A DNA stretch of 64,000 bases, from NCBI GenBank assembly GCA_965223665.1, contig OZ245011.1:1344001-1408000 (forward strand), in the 5' to 3' direction. Position numbers and translations under genes: made by a program. Shown here one piece after another: positions 1 through 9,598 of this stretch. The DNA is from Nitrospinaceae bacterium. GTDB taxonomy: Bacteria; Nitrospinota; Nitrospinia; Nitrospinales; Nitrospinaceae. Positions within the stretch are counted from its first letter, which is position 1. Each line of letters opens with the position of its first letter. The notes below the pieces were generated by a model. That model saw only the letters and a list, made by a program, of their open reading frames with translations. It did not search any database and was not told where the DNA came from.

Positions 1-1
1 C

Positions 2-538
2 TTGTTGAACAATCATAAACTTATGCGTGACGACCTTAAATGCATTATCTTCATAACACTTCTGCTTCTCTTTCCAAATTTGGTTTGGAGCCACGGCGGA
101 GAAAATCACGATAGCCATAATTCAAACTCCTCTGAAATTGAATTAGAGACATCGCTTGAATCTCAATTTTCCCCGGAGGACAATACAGTAAATTTCCCTG
201 AAATGCATGAGGATACTTCCACTCAAGAAGATACTTATGGAATAGGAGCCACGGACGGTTCTATGGAGTTAACAATACCCAAAGACCCGCTTTCGGGTTC
301 TAAAGAAACCTCTCTTTTTGAAAAGTCTGATCCATTAGGGATGGGAGCACAACCAGAACAAAAATCTGAAAGTCATGCCGATCACTCTGGACACGATATG
401 GGGAAAATGAAAAAGGTAAATTTAGCTGAGCATGAATGGAATGCCACGTCTCAGAAAGGTTATGGATTTGCTTTTAGTTTTACATTGATCATTCTATTCT
501 TTTTTTTGTTACTAATGCTTAAACGACCATTTGAATAA
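2..538 (+). CDS. Exported His-rich protein with C-terminal membrane anchor (possible metal-binding protein); probable start is the ATG at 23, or the ORF may be open at the window edge
   Basis: Signal-peptide-like hydrophobic stretch ending LVWS, followed by HGGENHDSH. Acidic linker, a second His/Met cluster HADHSGHDMGKM, and a C-terminal TM helix. Confidence 0.6.
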   Translation: MLNNHKLMRDDLKCIIFITLLLLFPNLVWSHGGENHDSHNSNSSEIELETSLESQFSPEDNTVNFPEMHEDTSTQEDTYGIGATDGSMELTIPKDPLSGSKETSLFEKSDPLGMGAQPEQKSESHADHSGHDMGKMKKVNLAEHEWNATSQKGYGFAFSFTLIILFFFLLLMLKRPFE

Positions 539-571
539 AGTTTAACACTCTTAACTTAATCTAAAAGGCCT

Positions 572-1585
572 ATGGCAAATGAAATTCTAAAAACATTAAA
601 AGATCGATTAGGCCTCGGCGTTCTCGAATACGAAGTTCCTGAGCATGCGAATACCGCAAAATATTCTCTGGGAGGAATGACCCTCTCCGCTTTTAGTCTA
701 TTGGTGTTAAGCGGAATCTTACTTTCACAGTTCTATGTTCCCCACCCGGATAGTGCAAACCAAAGTATCCATTACCTAAACGATCAAGTATTTTTAGGTT
801 GGTTTTTGCGAGGTGTTCATTTTTGGTCTGCTGAAGTACTTACAATAGCAATGATTTTGCATTTGGTTCGAATTGTACTTACTGCCTCATATAAGGCTCC
901 ACGGGAAGTTAATTGGTTAGTAGGAGTTGGATTGTTGGTAATGATGGTTAATCTTCTCTTTTCAGGAACGGTACTTAAATGGGATCAAGAAGCATATGAA
1001 GCACTAGCTCACTTTCTTTGGGTTGTTAAAAAAATGGGAACCCTGGGCACTCCCTTAACAGAAGACTTTGCTCCTGGAGTCCCCTTACTAAGTAGAATTT
1101 ATATGGTCCACATTTGTCTATTACCCCTAGTAACCATTCCACTCATAGGATTGCATTTATTTTATGTGAAATACCATAAGCTATCTCCACTCCCGGAAAA
1201 ACCAGATGCTAAGGAATCAATTTCTTTTACTAAACACCTTGTATTTTTAAACCGGTCAGGATTTGGAATTTTCGCCTTAGTTTGCATATTAGCTCTTCTA
1301 GTAAAACCCCCTTTAGGAGAGCCTCCTGTATTAGGAATGGAAGTAACCAAACCCCCATGGCAATTTGTTTGGCTGTACGCATTAGAAAATTTATGGGTGC
1401 CATTTTTAATCGTTGCTCCCTTGGTAATCCTTATGTTTTTGGTCGTAATCCCCTTTATTGATCGAAATCCCGAAACCTATTGGAAAAATCGACCAATTGC
1501 CACCGGGCTTTTAATATTCTGTTTAGTTCTATCAGTAGCTCTAATACTCTGGGGTAAATTCACAACCATGACCCACTCAATGTAA
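572..1585 (+). CDS. Cytochrome b of the bc/b6f family (fused b6 + subunit IV type)
   Basis: YSLGG, GWFLRGVHFWSA...ILHLVR, YKAPREVNWLVGV, WDQ, a second His pair (MVHICLLPLVTIPLIGLH) and a KPPWQF variant of the PEWY motif. Confidence 0.9.
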   Translation: MANEILKTLKDRLGLGVLEYEVPEHANTAKYSLGGMTLSAFSLLVLSGILLSQFYVPHPDSANQSIHYLNDQVFLGWFLRGVHFWSAEVLTIAMILHLVRIVLTASYKAPREVNWLVGVGLLVMMVNLLFSGTVLKWDQEAYEALAHFLWVVKKMGTLGTPLTEDFAPGVPLLSRIYMVHICLLPLVTIPLIGLHLFYVKYHKLSPLPEKPDAKESISFTKHLVFLNRSGFGIFALVCILALLVKPPLGEPPVLGMEVTKPPWQFVWLYALENLWVPFLIVAPLVILMFLVVIPFIDRNPETYWKNRPIATGLLIFCLVLSVALILWGKFTTMTHSM

Positions 1586-1644
1586 TTTTTTCATCTCCTC
1601 TTCCCAAAGGTTTACTTTCTAAAAATATCCAGTAAAATTCAAAC

Positions 1645-1893
1645 ATGATAACAATTGAAATCATGACAAAGGACGGTTGTTCTCTATGTGAGACGGCAAA
1701 GATTACGGTGGAGAATGTAATTCAAAATTATCCTGCTGAGCTTAAAATGATAGATATTGAATCTGACCCACAATTATTCGAAAAATATAAAGAAAAAATC
1801 CCTGTTGTCTTAATCAATGGGGTAGAAAGTTTTGTTTATAAAGTCCATGAAGTTACGCTTCAAAAAAAGTTAGAAAAAATTTTAGAAAGCTAA
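1645..1893 (+). CDS. Glutaredoxin-like protein (DUF836 type)
   Basis: 82 aa; CSLC active-site motif, IDI, KYKEKIPVVLING. Confidence 0.85.
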   Translation: MITIEIMTKDGCSLCETAKITVENVIQNYPAELKMIDIESDPQLFEKYKEKIPVVLINGVESFVYKVHEVTLQKKLEKILES

Positions 1894-1941
1894 TATATTT
1901 ATTACCTATTCAAAAAAGTATTATTCATTCTAGAGGATATA

Positions 1942-2250
1942 ATGGTAGAAAAAACAGCCCTCACCAGTGAAGAATTAGATCAAAAAATACAGGAGTTAGC
2001 ACCAAAATGGCAAAAGGGATTAAATGAAAAGGGGATTCCATATATTTCTCGAACTCACCATGCAGGGAAATTTATGGAAGGGATCGATTTCGTTCATAAG
2101 GTGGCCGAAATGGCTGAAGAAAATAACCATCACCCCGATATTGTAATAAATTACAAACGAATCACGGTTCGTTATTGGACTCACACTGCCTCGGGTGTCA
2201 CTTTGGCTGATGTGCAAATGGCCCAAAAAATTGACCCTTTATTTGACTAA
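1942..2250 (+). CDS. phhB: Pterin-4-alpha-carbinolamine dehydratase
   Basis: AEENNHHPDI and YWTHTASGVT..D..MA..ID signatures. Confidence 0.9.
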   Translation: MVEKTALTSEELDQKIQELAPKWQKGLNEKGIPYISRTHHAGKFMEGIDFVHKVAEMAEENNHHPDIVINYKRITVRYWTHTASGVTLADVQMAQKIDPLFD

Positions 2251-2264
2251 CTTAAAAAATAACT

Positions 2265-2480
2265 ATGAGATACTTCCCGGTCGTTGCAATGGCCATCTCA
2301 GCAATTAGTTTCACCCTCTACCTTTTCAATCTAGAGGGATCTTCGTTTTCTACTGATTTGTCAACAGTTTTTATTCTTCTTACCCCGGTTTTCTTCGCAT
2401 TAATTTTGATGTGGATATTAAAGTTTCCTCATCACTTCAATAAAATAGCTTCTAAAATTCTTTCCTATTGGACGAAATAA
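2265..2480 (+). CDS. Small two-TM membrane protein
   Basis: 71-aa ORF closely following phhB, with two hydrophobic segments. Confidence 0.5.
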   Translation: MRYFPVVAMAISAISFTLYLFNLEGSSFSTDLSTVFILLTPVFFALILMWILKFPHHFNKIASKILSYWTK

Positions 2481-2638
2481 TCCTGATTTTCTTCCTCAGG
2501 TTTACCCCACCAAAATTCCATGTAATTCTTAATTAGCCTAAATGTGCCAACCCAAAACTAAACTCTCTTGATTTTTTTTCATTCAACCTTGACTCTATTA
2601 AATATAAACAAAACAAATTAATCAAACTCATTGCCCTT

Positions 2639-3571
2639 TTGGAATCCATCTTTTTCCTTATGGTTGATAAATCCTGCAAATTAATTTTAATAGCTTCTCT
2701 ATTCTTAACGCTATTGATTTTACCTGAATCATCGCGAGGTAAATGTTTGCATAATAAATCCATAAATTTTTTTGATGGTGGTAAAGATTCTTTAAGTTGG
2801 GAATATGAAATCAAAGATTATTTTTTAAATAAATCAGAAGGCGTCCTCAATTTACCTCCAGGTTACGCTTTTCTTCAAGGGCATTCTGCTAAAACATTTT
2901 TAAAACAACTCAATGATCAACCAACAAAAAATGTTGAGGCTGTAATGCTTAATCCAAATACTAATTCCATTTGGACTTTAAGCTATTTCGAAGTTGGTTA
3001 TATTGCTTCATTGTCGAATTTAAATTTAGACAAAGGAAAATTAGTAGAACAAATGCGTCAAACCGCTGTAGTGGAAAACCAATTTTTCGAAGGTATGGGA
3101 AAACCACCATTACTTTTTAAAAATTGGCAAGAGGAGCCAATATGGGACGAATCCAATCAAACACTTTCTTGGGCTTTAAATATTGAACAAGGAGAGAAAA
3201 AAATAGTCAATTTCATATCTCTAAAGTTGGGAAGAAAAGGATTCGAAAAATTTACTTGGATTGGGACCATTGAAGAATTCCAAATGCACTATGAAAAGAT
3301 AATTGGACTAATTACAAATTTCAATTTTTCACCCGGCAGACAATATGAAGACTATACCCAGGGAGATAAGTTAGCGAATTTGGATATTAACCAATTAGCT
3401 AAAGCTACTTTAATAGGTTCGCATACTGGTTTGAAAGAGTTATCTGGTTTGAGTGAAACTCCATACTACACTAAATACATTTATATATTTATTTTTAGCT
3501 TATTCACACTAGGAGTTGTTTGGATGGTTGTAAAAAAACTTAACGCACCTCCTCAGCTTCAAAGAATTTAA
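2639..3571 (+). CDS. DUF2167-like membrane-anchored protein
   Basis: LNLPPGYAFL, GYI, WQEEP.WD...QTLSWA, LKLGRKGFE, FNFSPGRQYEDYTQGDKLA; N-terminal signal and C-terminal TM. Start codon uncertain (2660 also possible). Confidence 0.75.
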   Translation: MESIFFLMVDKSCKLILIASLFLTLLILPESSRGKCLHNKSINFFDGGKDSLSWEYEIKDYFLNKSEGVLNLPPGYAFLQGHSAKTFLKQLNDQPTKNVEAVMLNPNTNSIWTLSYFEVGYIASLSNLNLDKGKLVEQMRQTAVVENQFFEGMGKPPLLFKNWQEEPIWDESNQTLSWALNIEQGEKKIVNFISLKLGRKGFEKFTWIGTIEEFQMHYEKIIGLITNFNFSPGRQYEDYTQGDKLANLDINQLAKATLIGSHTGLKELSGLSETPYYTKYIYIFIFSLFTLGVVWMVVKKLNAPPQLQRI

Positions 3572-3634
3572 TTTATGAAACTTAAATTCTCAATTCTTAT
3601 GAAAAACAAATAGGCTTTTATACTGGAGAGTGCA

Positions 3635-4390
3635 ATGAAACGTGGATTTTATTTTTTTTCATTTTTAATAATAATATTTATTTCAACTCTTACTTATGCG
3701 GAGTCACAAGAGTACCCATCTACTCTTGAAGAAGCTCTAATGGAAATTCAATCATTGCCCTGGGATTATGAAAAAAATGATTATACTTTGCCAGAATCAC
3801 ACAGCACTCTCCTTCTTCCAGACAAATATTTGCTGGCTAGAGGAGATGTTGCTCGAAGATTTATGTTTTTAAACCAAGGTTTTCCCTGGCCGGACACCGA
3901 AGCGGTCCTTTTCGATCCTGAAACAGCGAACCAACTCATATTTAGTTTTCACAAAATAGGGCATATTAATTTAGATTCCTGGGATGAACTTGATGCAGAT
4001 CATTTATTGCAAAAAACTATCCAACTAACGATGGAAGGTAATATCAATCGAAGAAAAAATAATCTACCGGAAGCAAAAGTTTTGGATTGGATTCAAAAAC
4101 CAACCTTGGATTTAGAAAGAAAATCCATACACTGGACTATTGAATTGGTAGAAGGGAAAACCCGAATGGCCAATTCCATAGTTCTTAAATTAGGACGCGA
4201 TGGATTTGAGCGAATAATTTGGGTTGCACCTTCTACTACTTATGAAAATTCTAAAGGATTCTTAAAAACAGTTATTCACAACTTTAAATTCAAACCAAAT
4301 TTTCGTTACGCAGACTACAAATCTGGGAGTTCCACAAAAAATTGGGGTGTAGCGCAACTTTTAAATACCATGATTAGTGGAGGGAATTAA
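3635..4390 (+). CDS. DUF2167-like protein, tandem paralog
   Basis: Same motifs as the upstream gene (WIQKPTLD, LKLGRDGFE, FKFKPNFRYADY); signal peptide; GGAG RBS. Confidence 0.75.
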   Translation: MKRGFYFFSFLIIIFISTLTYAESQEYPSTLEEALMEIQSLPWDYEKNDYTLPESHSTLLLPDKYLLARGDVARRFMFLNQGFPWPDTEAVLFDPETANQLIFSFHKIGHINLDSWDELDADHLLQKTIQLTMEGNINRRKNNLPEAKVLDWIQKPTLDLERKSIHWTIELVEGKTRMANSIVLKLGRDGFERIIWVAPSTTYENSKGFLKTVIHNFKFKPNFRYADYKSGSSTKNWGVAQLLNTMISGGN

Positions 4391-4424
4391 TCCAAAATAA
4401 TTTATCAATAACGATGGAACCTTC

Positions 4425-5666
4425 TTAATTACTGTTTTCTTCTTCTAAAATATCATCTAGCGATTGGCGTCTTCTTGCTAAAACACTTTGGTCTCCCTCT
4501 ACAATCACTTCTGGAATCAACGGTTGAGAATTATAGTTTGAAGACATTACGAATCCATACGCGCCAGCTCCTCCAATAACAATCAAGTCTCCCGGGTTGG
4601 GCTTAGGTAGTTTTCTGGGAACAGGCTCTTCGTTTTCTTGTGTTAAAACATCTCCAGATTCACATACGGGTCCAGCAATTATTAAGTCCTGAGGAGAACC
4701 TAAGTTTTCTCCGACAAACCATATGGGATGATAAGAGCCATAAGCCATAGGTCGGATTAAATGACAAAAACCAACATTACACAAAACATAATCAAGGCGT
4801 TTTCTTCCTTCATCAAATGTATGATTTAACGCTCTCACCTCTCCTATCAAATAACCGCAGCCAGCAACAAACCGGCGCCCTGGCTCAATCTCACAAATTA
4901 TTTTTCTTCCAAAGTGCTGTTCCAATATTTTCTGTCGCTCATCTATAATAGGTTTGTAAGCATTAATATCTTGTTGTGGCAATTCTGTTCTGTATTCGTA
5001 AGGAAGACCCCCTCCAAAATTCACAGTTTCAATATCTTCAAACTCTTTGGCATAATCAACCAATTTCCCGGTAATTCTCTTCAAATGATCCATGTCACCA
5101 CCGGAACCTATATGAATATGAACACCTGAAATTATGAGACCATATTGTTGAGTTATGGATTTCACTTCATTCAAATTTTCATACCAGATACCATGTTTAC
5201 TATAAGGCCCTCCGGTATTGGTTTTCTTTGAATGACCAGCACCCTCTCCCGGATTTATTCTAATAGAAACTTTATTCGATCCTTTGCCTAATCGCTTTAA
5301 AGTTTGCCCATACTCTTCAAGCATTCCCAAAGTACCGCAATTGCAAAAAATATCATTCTCTATGCAATATTCAGCATCACTTGCAGTAAAAAAAACGTCA
5401 CTGGTAAAACAAATATCTTGCGGTTGAAAACCCGCACGTAATGCGCGTTGAACTTCCAGAACACTCACCGCATCTATTTTAATTCCCTGATTCAGCATCT
5501 CTTTAAGAATTTGAATATTGGAATTTGCTTTCATCGCATAACGCACAACTGGAGCCAGTCCTTTTAACTCCTCAATAGATTTCCGCAATAAATTTTTGCT
5601 GTAAACATAAACAGGAGTTCCATATTTTTGAGCAATCTCCCTAACATCTAAATTTTCAATCTGCAT
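4425..5666 (-). CDS. lysA: Diaminopimelate decarboxylase
   Basis: YGTPVYVY, YAMKANS (PLP lysine), HIHIGS, EPGR, GPVCESGD, GAYGFVMSSNYNS. Confidence 0.92.
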   Translation of the reverse strand: MQIENLDVREIAQKYGTPVYVYSKNLLRKSIEELKGLAPVVRYAMKANSNIQILKEMLNQGIKIDAVSVLEVQRALRAGFQPQDICFTSDVFFTASDAEYCIENDIFCNCGTLGMLEEYGQTLKRLGKGSNKVSIRINPGEGAGHSKKTNTGGPYSKHGIWYENLNEVKSITQQYGLIISGVHIHIGSGGDMDHLKRITGKLVDYAKEFEDIETVNFGGGLPYEYRTELPQQDINAYKPIIDERQKILEQHFGRKIICEIEPGRRFVAGCGYLIGEVRALNHTFDEGRKRLDYVLCNVGFCHLIRPMAYGSYHPIWFVGENLGSPQDLIIAGPVCESGDVLTQENEEPVPRKLPKPNPGDLIVIGGAGAYGFVMSSNYNSQPLIPEVIVEGDQSVLARRRQSLDDILEEENSN

Positions 5667-5963
5667 TTCATCTCCTAACCCAAGGTAAAAATTCCCAGAA
5701 GTTTATCTTAAAGTAAAATTTAGAGCAAAATTTCTTTTATTTAAGGGAAAAAAATTACGCTAATGAGTGGAATTTAATTGACTTTACTCATCATTCTGAT
5801 TAAAAATTTTAAAATAAGAATACATTCAATGAAAAGTGGATATAAAGACTATTTGAATTCTGAGTAATTCTTTCAGAACAGAACACCAAGGGATGTTAGA
5901 TGTGCAGAATACAGATAATTTTTTAAATGGCCCTCATTTCTAAACTTCCGCAATTAAATACTT

Positions 5964-7874
5964 ATGGAAAAATGGAATATAGAAAAATCACTAGAACTTT
6001 ATAATATTGAAGGTTGGGGTTCAGGCTTTTTTGGAATCAATCCTCAGGGACATTTGTACGTCCGACCGGATCATCAAAGTAAAAAAACCATCGATCTAAA
6101 AAATCTAGTCGATGATATACAATCCAAAGGATATTCTCTTCCTGCTTTAATCCGCTTTTCAGATATTTTAAAATCTAGAATCGCAGAATTAGCGGGCGCA
6201 TTTGAACGAGCAGCAACGGATCATAACTATAAAGGAACCTACTTCGGTGTTTATCCCATTAAAGTGAATCAACAGCGACAAGTAGTTGAAGAAATAGTAA
6301 AATTTGGGCGCTCCTATAAATTAGGTTTAGAAGCAGGCTCCAAACCAGAACTGCATGCTATCCTTGCTATCATGGATGACCCTGATTCACTTTTAATTTG
6401 TAATGGCTATAAAGATGAAGCTTTTATCCAATTAGCATTGATGGGAAATAAACTCGGGAAAAAAGTTTTCATTGTTGTAGAGCGATTGGAAGAGCTTAGA
6501 ACTATTATTAAAGTCGCAAAGGAACTAAATGTTGAACCTAATATTGGACTTAGGGTCAAATTGGTAAGCGCCGGTTCCGGGCGATGGGCTTCTTCCGGAG
6601 GAGAATACTCAAAATTCGGATTGAGTCCCATTGAACTAGTGGAAGCCTTAGATATTGCCAATAAGGAAAATATTTTAGACCGTATTCAACTTATTCATTT
6701 CCATCTAGGTAGTCAAATCACAAACATTCGAAGGATCAAAAGTAGTTTAAAAGAAATCGGACGTTATTATTCGGAACTAATGAAACAGGGTTGTAATATA
6801 AAATACATTGATGTCGGTGGTGGATTGGGTGTAGATTATGATGGAACTCGTTCTACATATGCTTCCAGTACAAATTACACGCTCCAAGAGTATGCCAATG
6901 ACGTGATTTATCACCTTCACGAGGTTTGCGAAGAAGAAGAACTGCCTCACCCTGATATTATTTCTGAGTCAGGCCGCGCACTTGTGGCTCATCATTCAAT
7001 TTTGGTTTTTAATGTTTTAGATATTTACTCTTTTCCAGAATTAGAAAATGAGATCCAAATTTCAGACGAGGCTCCGGCCGTCGTTCATGAATTACATTAC
7101 GTCCTTGAACAGGCAACAAACAAAAATCTTATTGAATCCTGGCATGATGCTTTGGATTTAAAGGAGCGAGCCCACAATGAGTTTTTTGTTGGAATGATTT
7201 CCCTTAATGACCGGGCCGCGGCAGACAAAATATTCTGGGGAATATGCCGAAAAATCCAGGACCTATCTTCCAGACTTAAATATTTGCCTGATGAATTAAA
7301 ATCACTAAAACAAAAGTTGGCAGATAAATACTTTTGCAACTTTTCTGTTTTTCAATCGCTACCTGATTCATGGGCGATTGACCAAGTTTTTCCCATTGTT
7401 CCGTTACAACGATTAAATGAAAAACCATCACGTGATGCCACCTTAATGGATTTAACCTGCGATTCAGACGGTATTATTGATGGTTTTATAGGTTCCCAAA
7501 ACACTGAGCAGTCTCTTCCATTACACCCTGTATCCCCTGAAGAGTCCTATCGAATAGGAATTTTTCTAGCCGGTGCTTATCAGGAAATTCTAGGTGATTT
7601 GCATAATTTATTTGGAGACACCAACACTTTCCACGTTTCTTTAAATGAAGATGGAACTCTAAATTATGAACAAATCATTGAGGGTGAAAATGTAACGGAT
7701 GTTTTAGATTATGTACAATTTCGGGCTGACGAATTGGAAGGAAGAATGGCCGCTTTCTTAATTCAGCGAGTTTATGAAGGAAAGCTCACCCAGAAAGAAG
7801 CGGACCAGTTTTTAGCTATGTACCGGGAAGGTTTGGCAGGTTATACTTATTTGATAAAACCAAATCCTGAATAA
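5964..7874 (+). CDS. speA: Biosynthetic arginine decarboxylase
   Basis: YPIKVNQ, GLEAGSKPEL, CNGYKD, HFHLGSQI, ESGRA, NFSVFQSLPDSWAIDQ, DLTCDSDG, GAYQEILGDLHNLFGD. Confidence 0.97.
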   Translation: MEKWNIEKSLELYNIEGWGSGFFGINPQGHLYVRPDHQSKKTIDLKNLVDDIQSKGYSLPALIRFSDILKSRIAELAGAFERAATDHNYKGTYFGVYPIKVNQQRQVVEEIVKFGRSYKLGLEAGSKPELHAILAIMDDPDSLLICNGYKDEAFIQLALMGNKLGKKVFIVVERLEELRTIIKVAKELNVEPNIGLRVKLVSAGSGRWASSGGEYSKFGLSPIELVEALDIANKENILDRIQLIHFHLGSQITNIRRIKSSLKEIGRYYSELMKQGCNIKYIDVGGGLGVDYDGTRSTYASSTNYTLQEYANDVIYHLHEVCEEEELPHPDIISESGRALVAHHSILVFNVLDIYSFPELENEIQISDEAPAVVHELHYVLEQATNKNLIESWHDALDLKERAHNEFFVGMISLNDRAAADKIFWGICRKIQDLSSRLKYLPDELKSLKQKLADKYFCNFSVFQSLPDSWAIDQVFPIVPLQRLNEKPSRDATLMDLTCDSDGIIDGFIGSQNTEQSLPLHPVSPEESYRIGIFLAGAYQEILGDLHNLFGDTNTFHVSLNEDGTLNYEQIIEGENVTDVLDYVQFRADELEGRMAAFLIQRVYEGKLTQKEADQFLAMYREGLAGYTYLIKPNPE

Positions 7875-8192
7875 TCTTGTTCGTTTCTAAAAAATATCAA
7901 ATATAAAGTCTCATACAGAACCTCATAAATAAAAGAATCATAAATTAATTTTGAATATTTAAAGAATGAAAAACCTCAATTAGAGGAAAACTAATTCAAA
8001 TAATCATGTTTTTTTCCAATACAAATAATTTGACCCTCAGGTTTATTTAAATCTTTAAAATAAAAGGTCTAGAATCAAACCCAATTAAAAGCAAACATTT
8101 AAAAATATCGCAATAACCAATAAAATTTGACTTTCCAAATAAATATACAGCTGATATAGTATTCAAATAAGTTAATATTTTTTAGATTAATT

Positions 8193-8576
8193 ATGAATTC
8201 CAAAAAAAAAGGTACAGACGGTTTATTAGGAAACAGGCTTCGGGCTTGGAGGCAATCCATTCAGTTAAAAGGTTATGAATTGGCTGAAAAAATTGATATT
8301 AGTCCTGGCTCGTTATCGGAAATAGAATCCAATAATAGCTTGCCCTCTGCGGACACTTTAGCGAAATTGGTAAAACATTCGAATCTAAATATTTTATGGC
8401 TGTTAACGGGCGAAGGAGATATGCATAAAAAAGAAGAACATGAAATTGAAGATGAACTAGTAAATCAAGAACTAAAAGATTTATTTTGGGGGCTAAAAAG
8501 AATTATCGAAAATGGAGATAAGCAAAAAGCTGAATGTTTAAAAGGCTTTATTTGGGGTGCAGACCCAGGAAAATAA
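8193..8576 (+). CDS. XRE/Cro-C1 family HTH transcriptional regulator
   Basis: LGNRLRAWR...ELAEKIDISPGSLSEIES..SLPS...LWLLTGEG. Confidence 0.88.
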   Translation: MNSKKKGTDGLLGNRLRAWRQSIQLKGYELAEKIDISPGSLSEIESNNSLPSADTLAKLVKHSNLNILWLLTGEGDMHKKEEHEIEDELVNQELKDLFWGLKRIIENGDKQKAECLKGFIWGADPGK

Positions 8577-8614
8577 ATTAAAAATTAAACTACAAAATTT
8601 TTAAAAAAGTGTCC

Positions 8615-9598
8615 TTAATTCCTTCGACCGTAAGGCTCATTTTCAAATTTCAATTGAATATTTCTTAATAATGATTGGACGCAATCTGGGCAAGCTCGAT
8701 GAATTATTTCTTTATAAGTTTTTTGCTTAATAAATTCCTCAATTTCATGCCAGTTTTTTTCTTCATCCCTCCATTTCTTACACCATGGACAAATTTCTAA
8801 TAAGGTCTCTTTGTTGCTGGTTTTCCCATCATGCAAATTAGAATTTATTAAGGTATTATAATTTTGAAATACCAAAATCCCTCCATCAATTTTTCCCGAT
8901 TGGACAATTGAAGATAATGTTAAATCAAATGATAGAGAATTCTCTCCTTCATCCTTTTTATTAATAACTTCAAGAAAATTGAAATAAGCTCTCTCTCGAA
9001 ATACTCTTTCGAAGGCAATCTCTTCTTTATTTTTACTATAAAAAAATAGTTCTTTAAGAGGTTTTCCAATTACTTCATTCTCATTCCAACCTGTTAAAGA
9101 TTTGGCTGCTAAATTTAAAAAAGTAATCAGCCCATCATTATCAAAAATTATTATTCCCAGATTTAATTTATCCAAAGTAATGGAAAAATTGTTTTGAATT
9201 CTTAAAATCCGCAACTCTTCTTCACAATTTGATAATGCCATTTCAATATTTGCAATCAAGGTCTTTTCATTAAAAGGTTTTAACAAATAACCGAAGGCCT
9301 TAGTTTTTGTAGCTCTATTAATTGTATTTTTATCTGAATATGCAGTTAGATAAAGAACAGGTGTTCTAAAAACTTCCCAAATTTTTTTTGCACATTCAAT
9401 ACCATCAAGAGCTCCTTGAATTTTTATATCCATTAAGACTAAATCAGGTTTTGCTACATTTATCTTACCCATCAGTTCATTATAGGAAGTTGCGGTACCC
9501 ACAATTTGATATCCATTATTCTTAAGGCAATATTCAATGTCTAAGGCGACAATGGATTCATCTTCAACTATAAAAATTTTAGGGTCTTTTGTTGTCAT
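8615..9598 (-). CDS. Response regulator: REC + PAS + C-terminal Cys4 domain (start revised to the ATG at 9598)
   Basis: IFIVEDESIVALDI, PDLVLMDI, LYLTAY, GYLLKPF; PAS region (ITFLNLAAKSLTGW...VIGK); C-terminal ICPWCKK...CPDC. Confidence 0.88.
   Translation of the reverse strand: MTTKDPKIFIVEDESIVALDIEYCLKNNGYQIVGTATSYNELMGKINVAKPDLVLMDIKIQGALDGIECAKKIWEVFRTPVLYLTAYSDKNTINRATKTKAFGYLLKPFNEKTLIANIEMALSNCEEELRILRIQNNFSITLDKLNLGIIIFDNDGLITFLNLAAKSLTGWNENEVIGKPLKELFFYSKNKEEIAFERVFRERAYFNFLEVINKKDEGENSLSFDLTLSSIVQSGKIDGGILVFQNYNTLINSNLHDGKTSNKETLLEICPWCKKWRDEEKNWHEIEEFIKQKTYKEIIHRACPDCVQSLLRNIQLKFENEPYGRRN

Noticed and set aside
4425-7874. Divergent lysA/speA pair as a special polyamine system
   Set aside because: Both are ordinary, full-length housekeeping PLP decarboxylases with no accessory genes suggesting a novel pathway.
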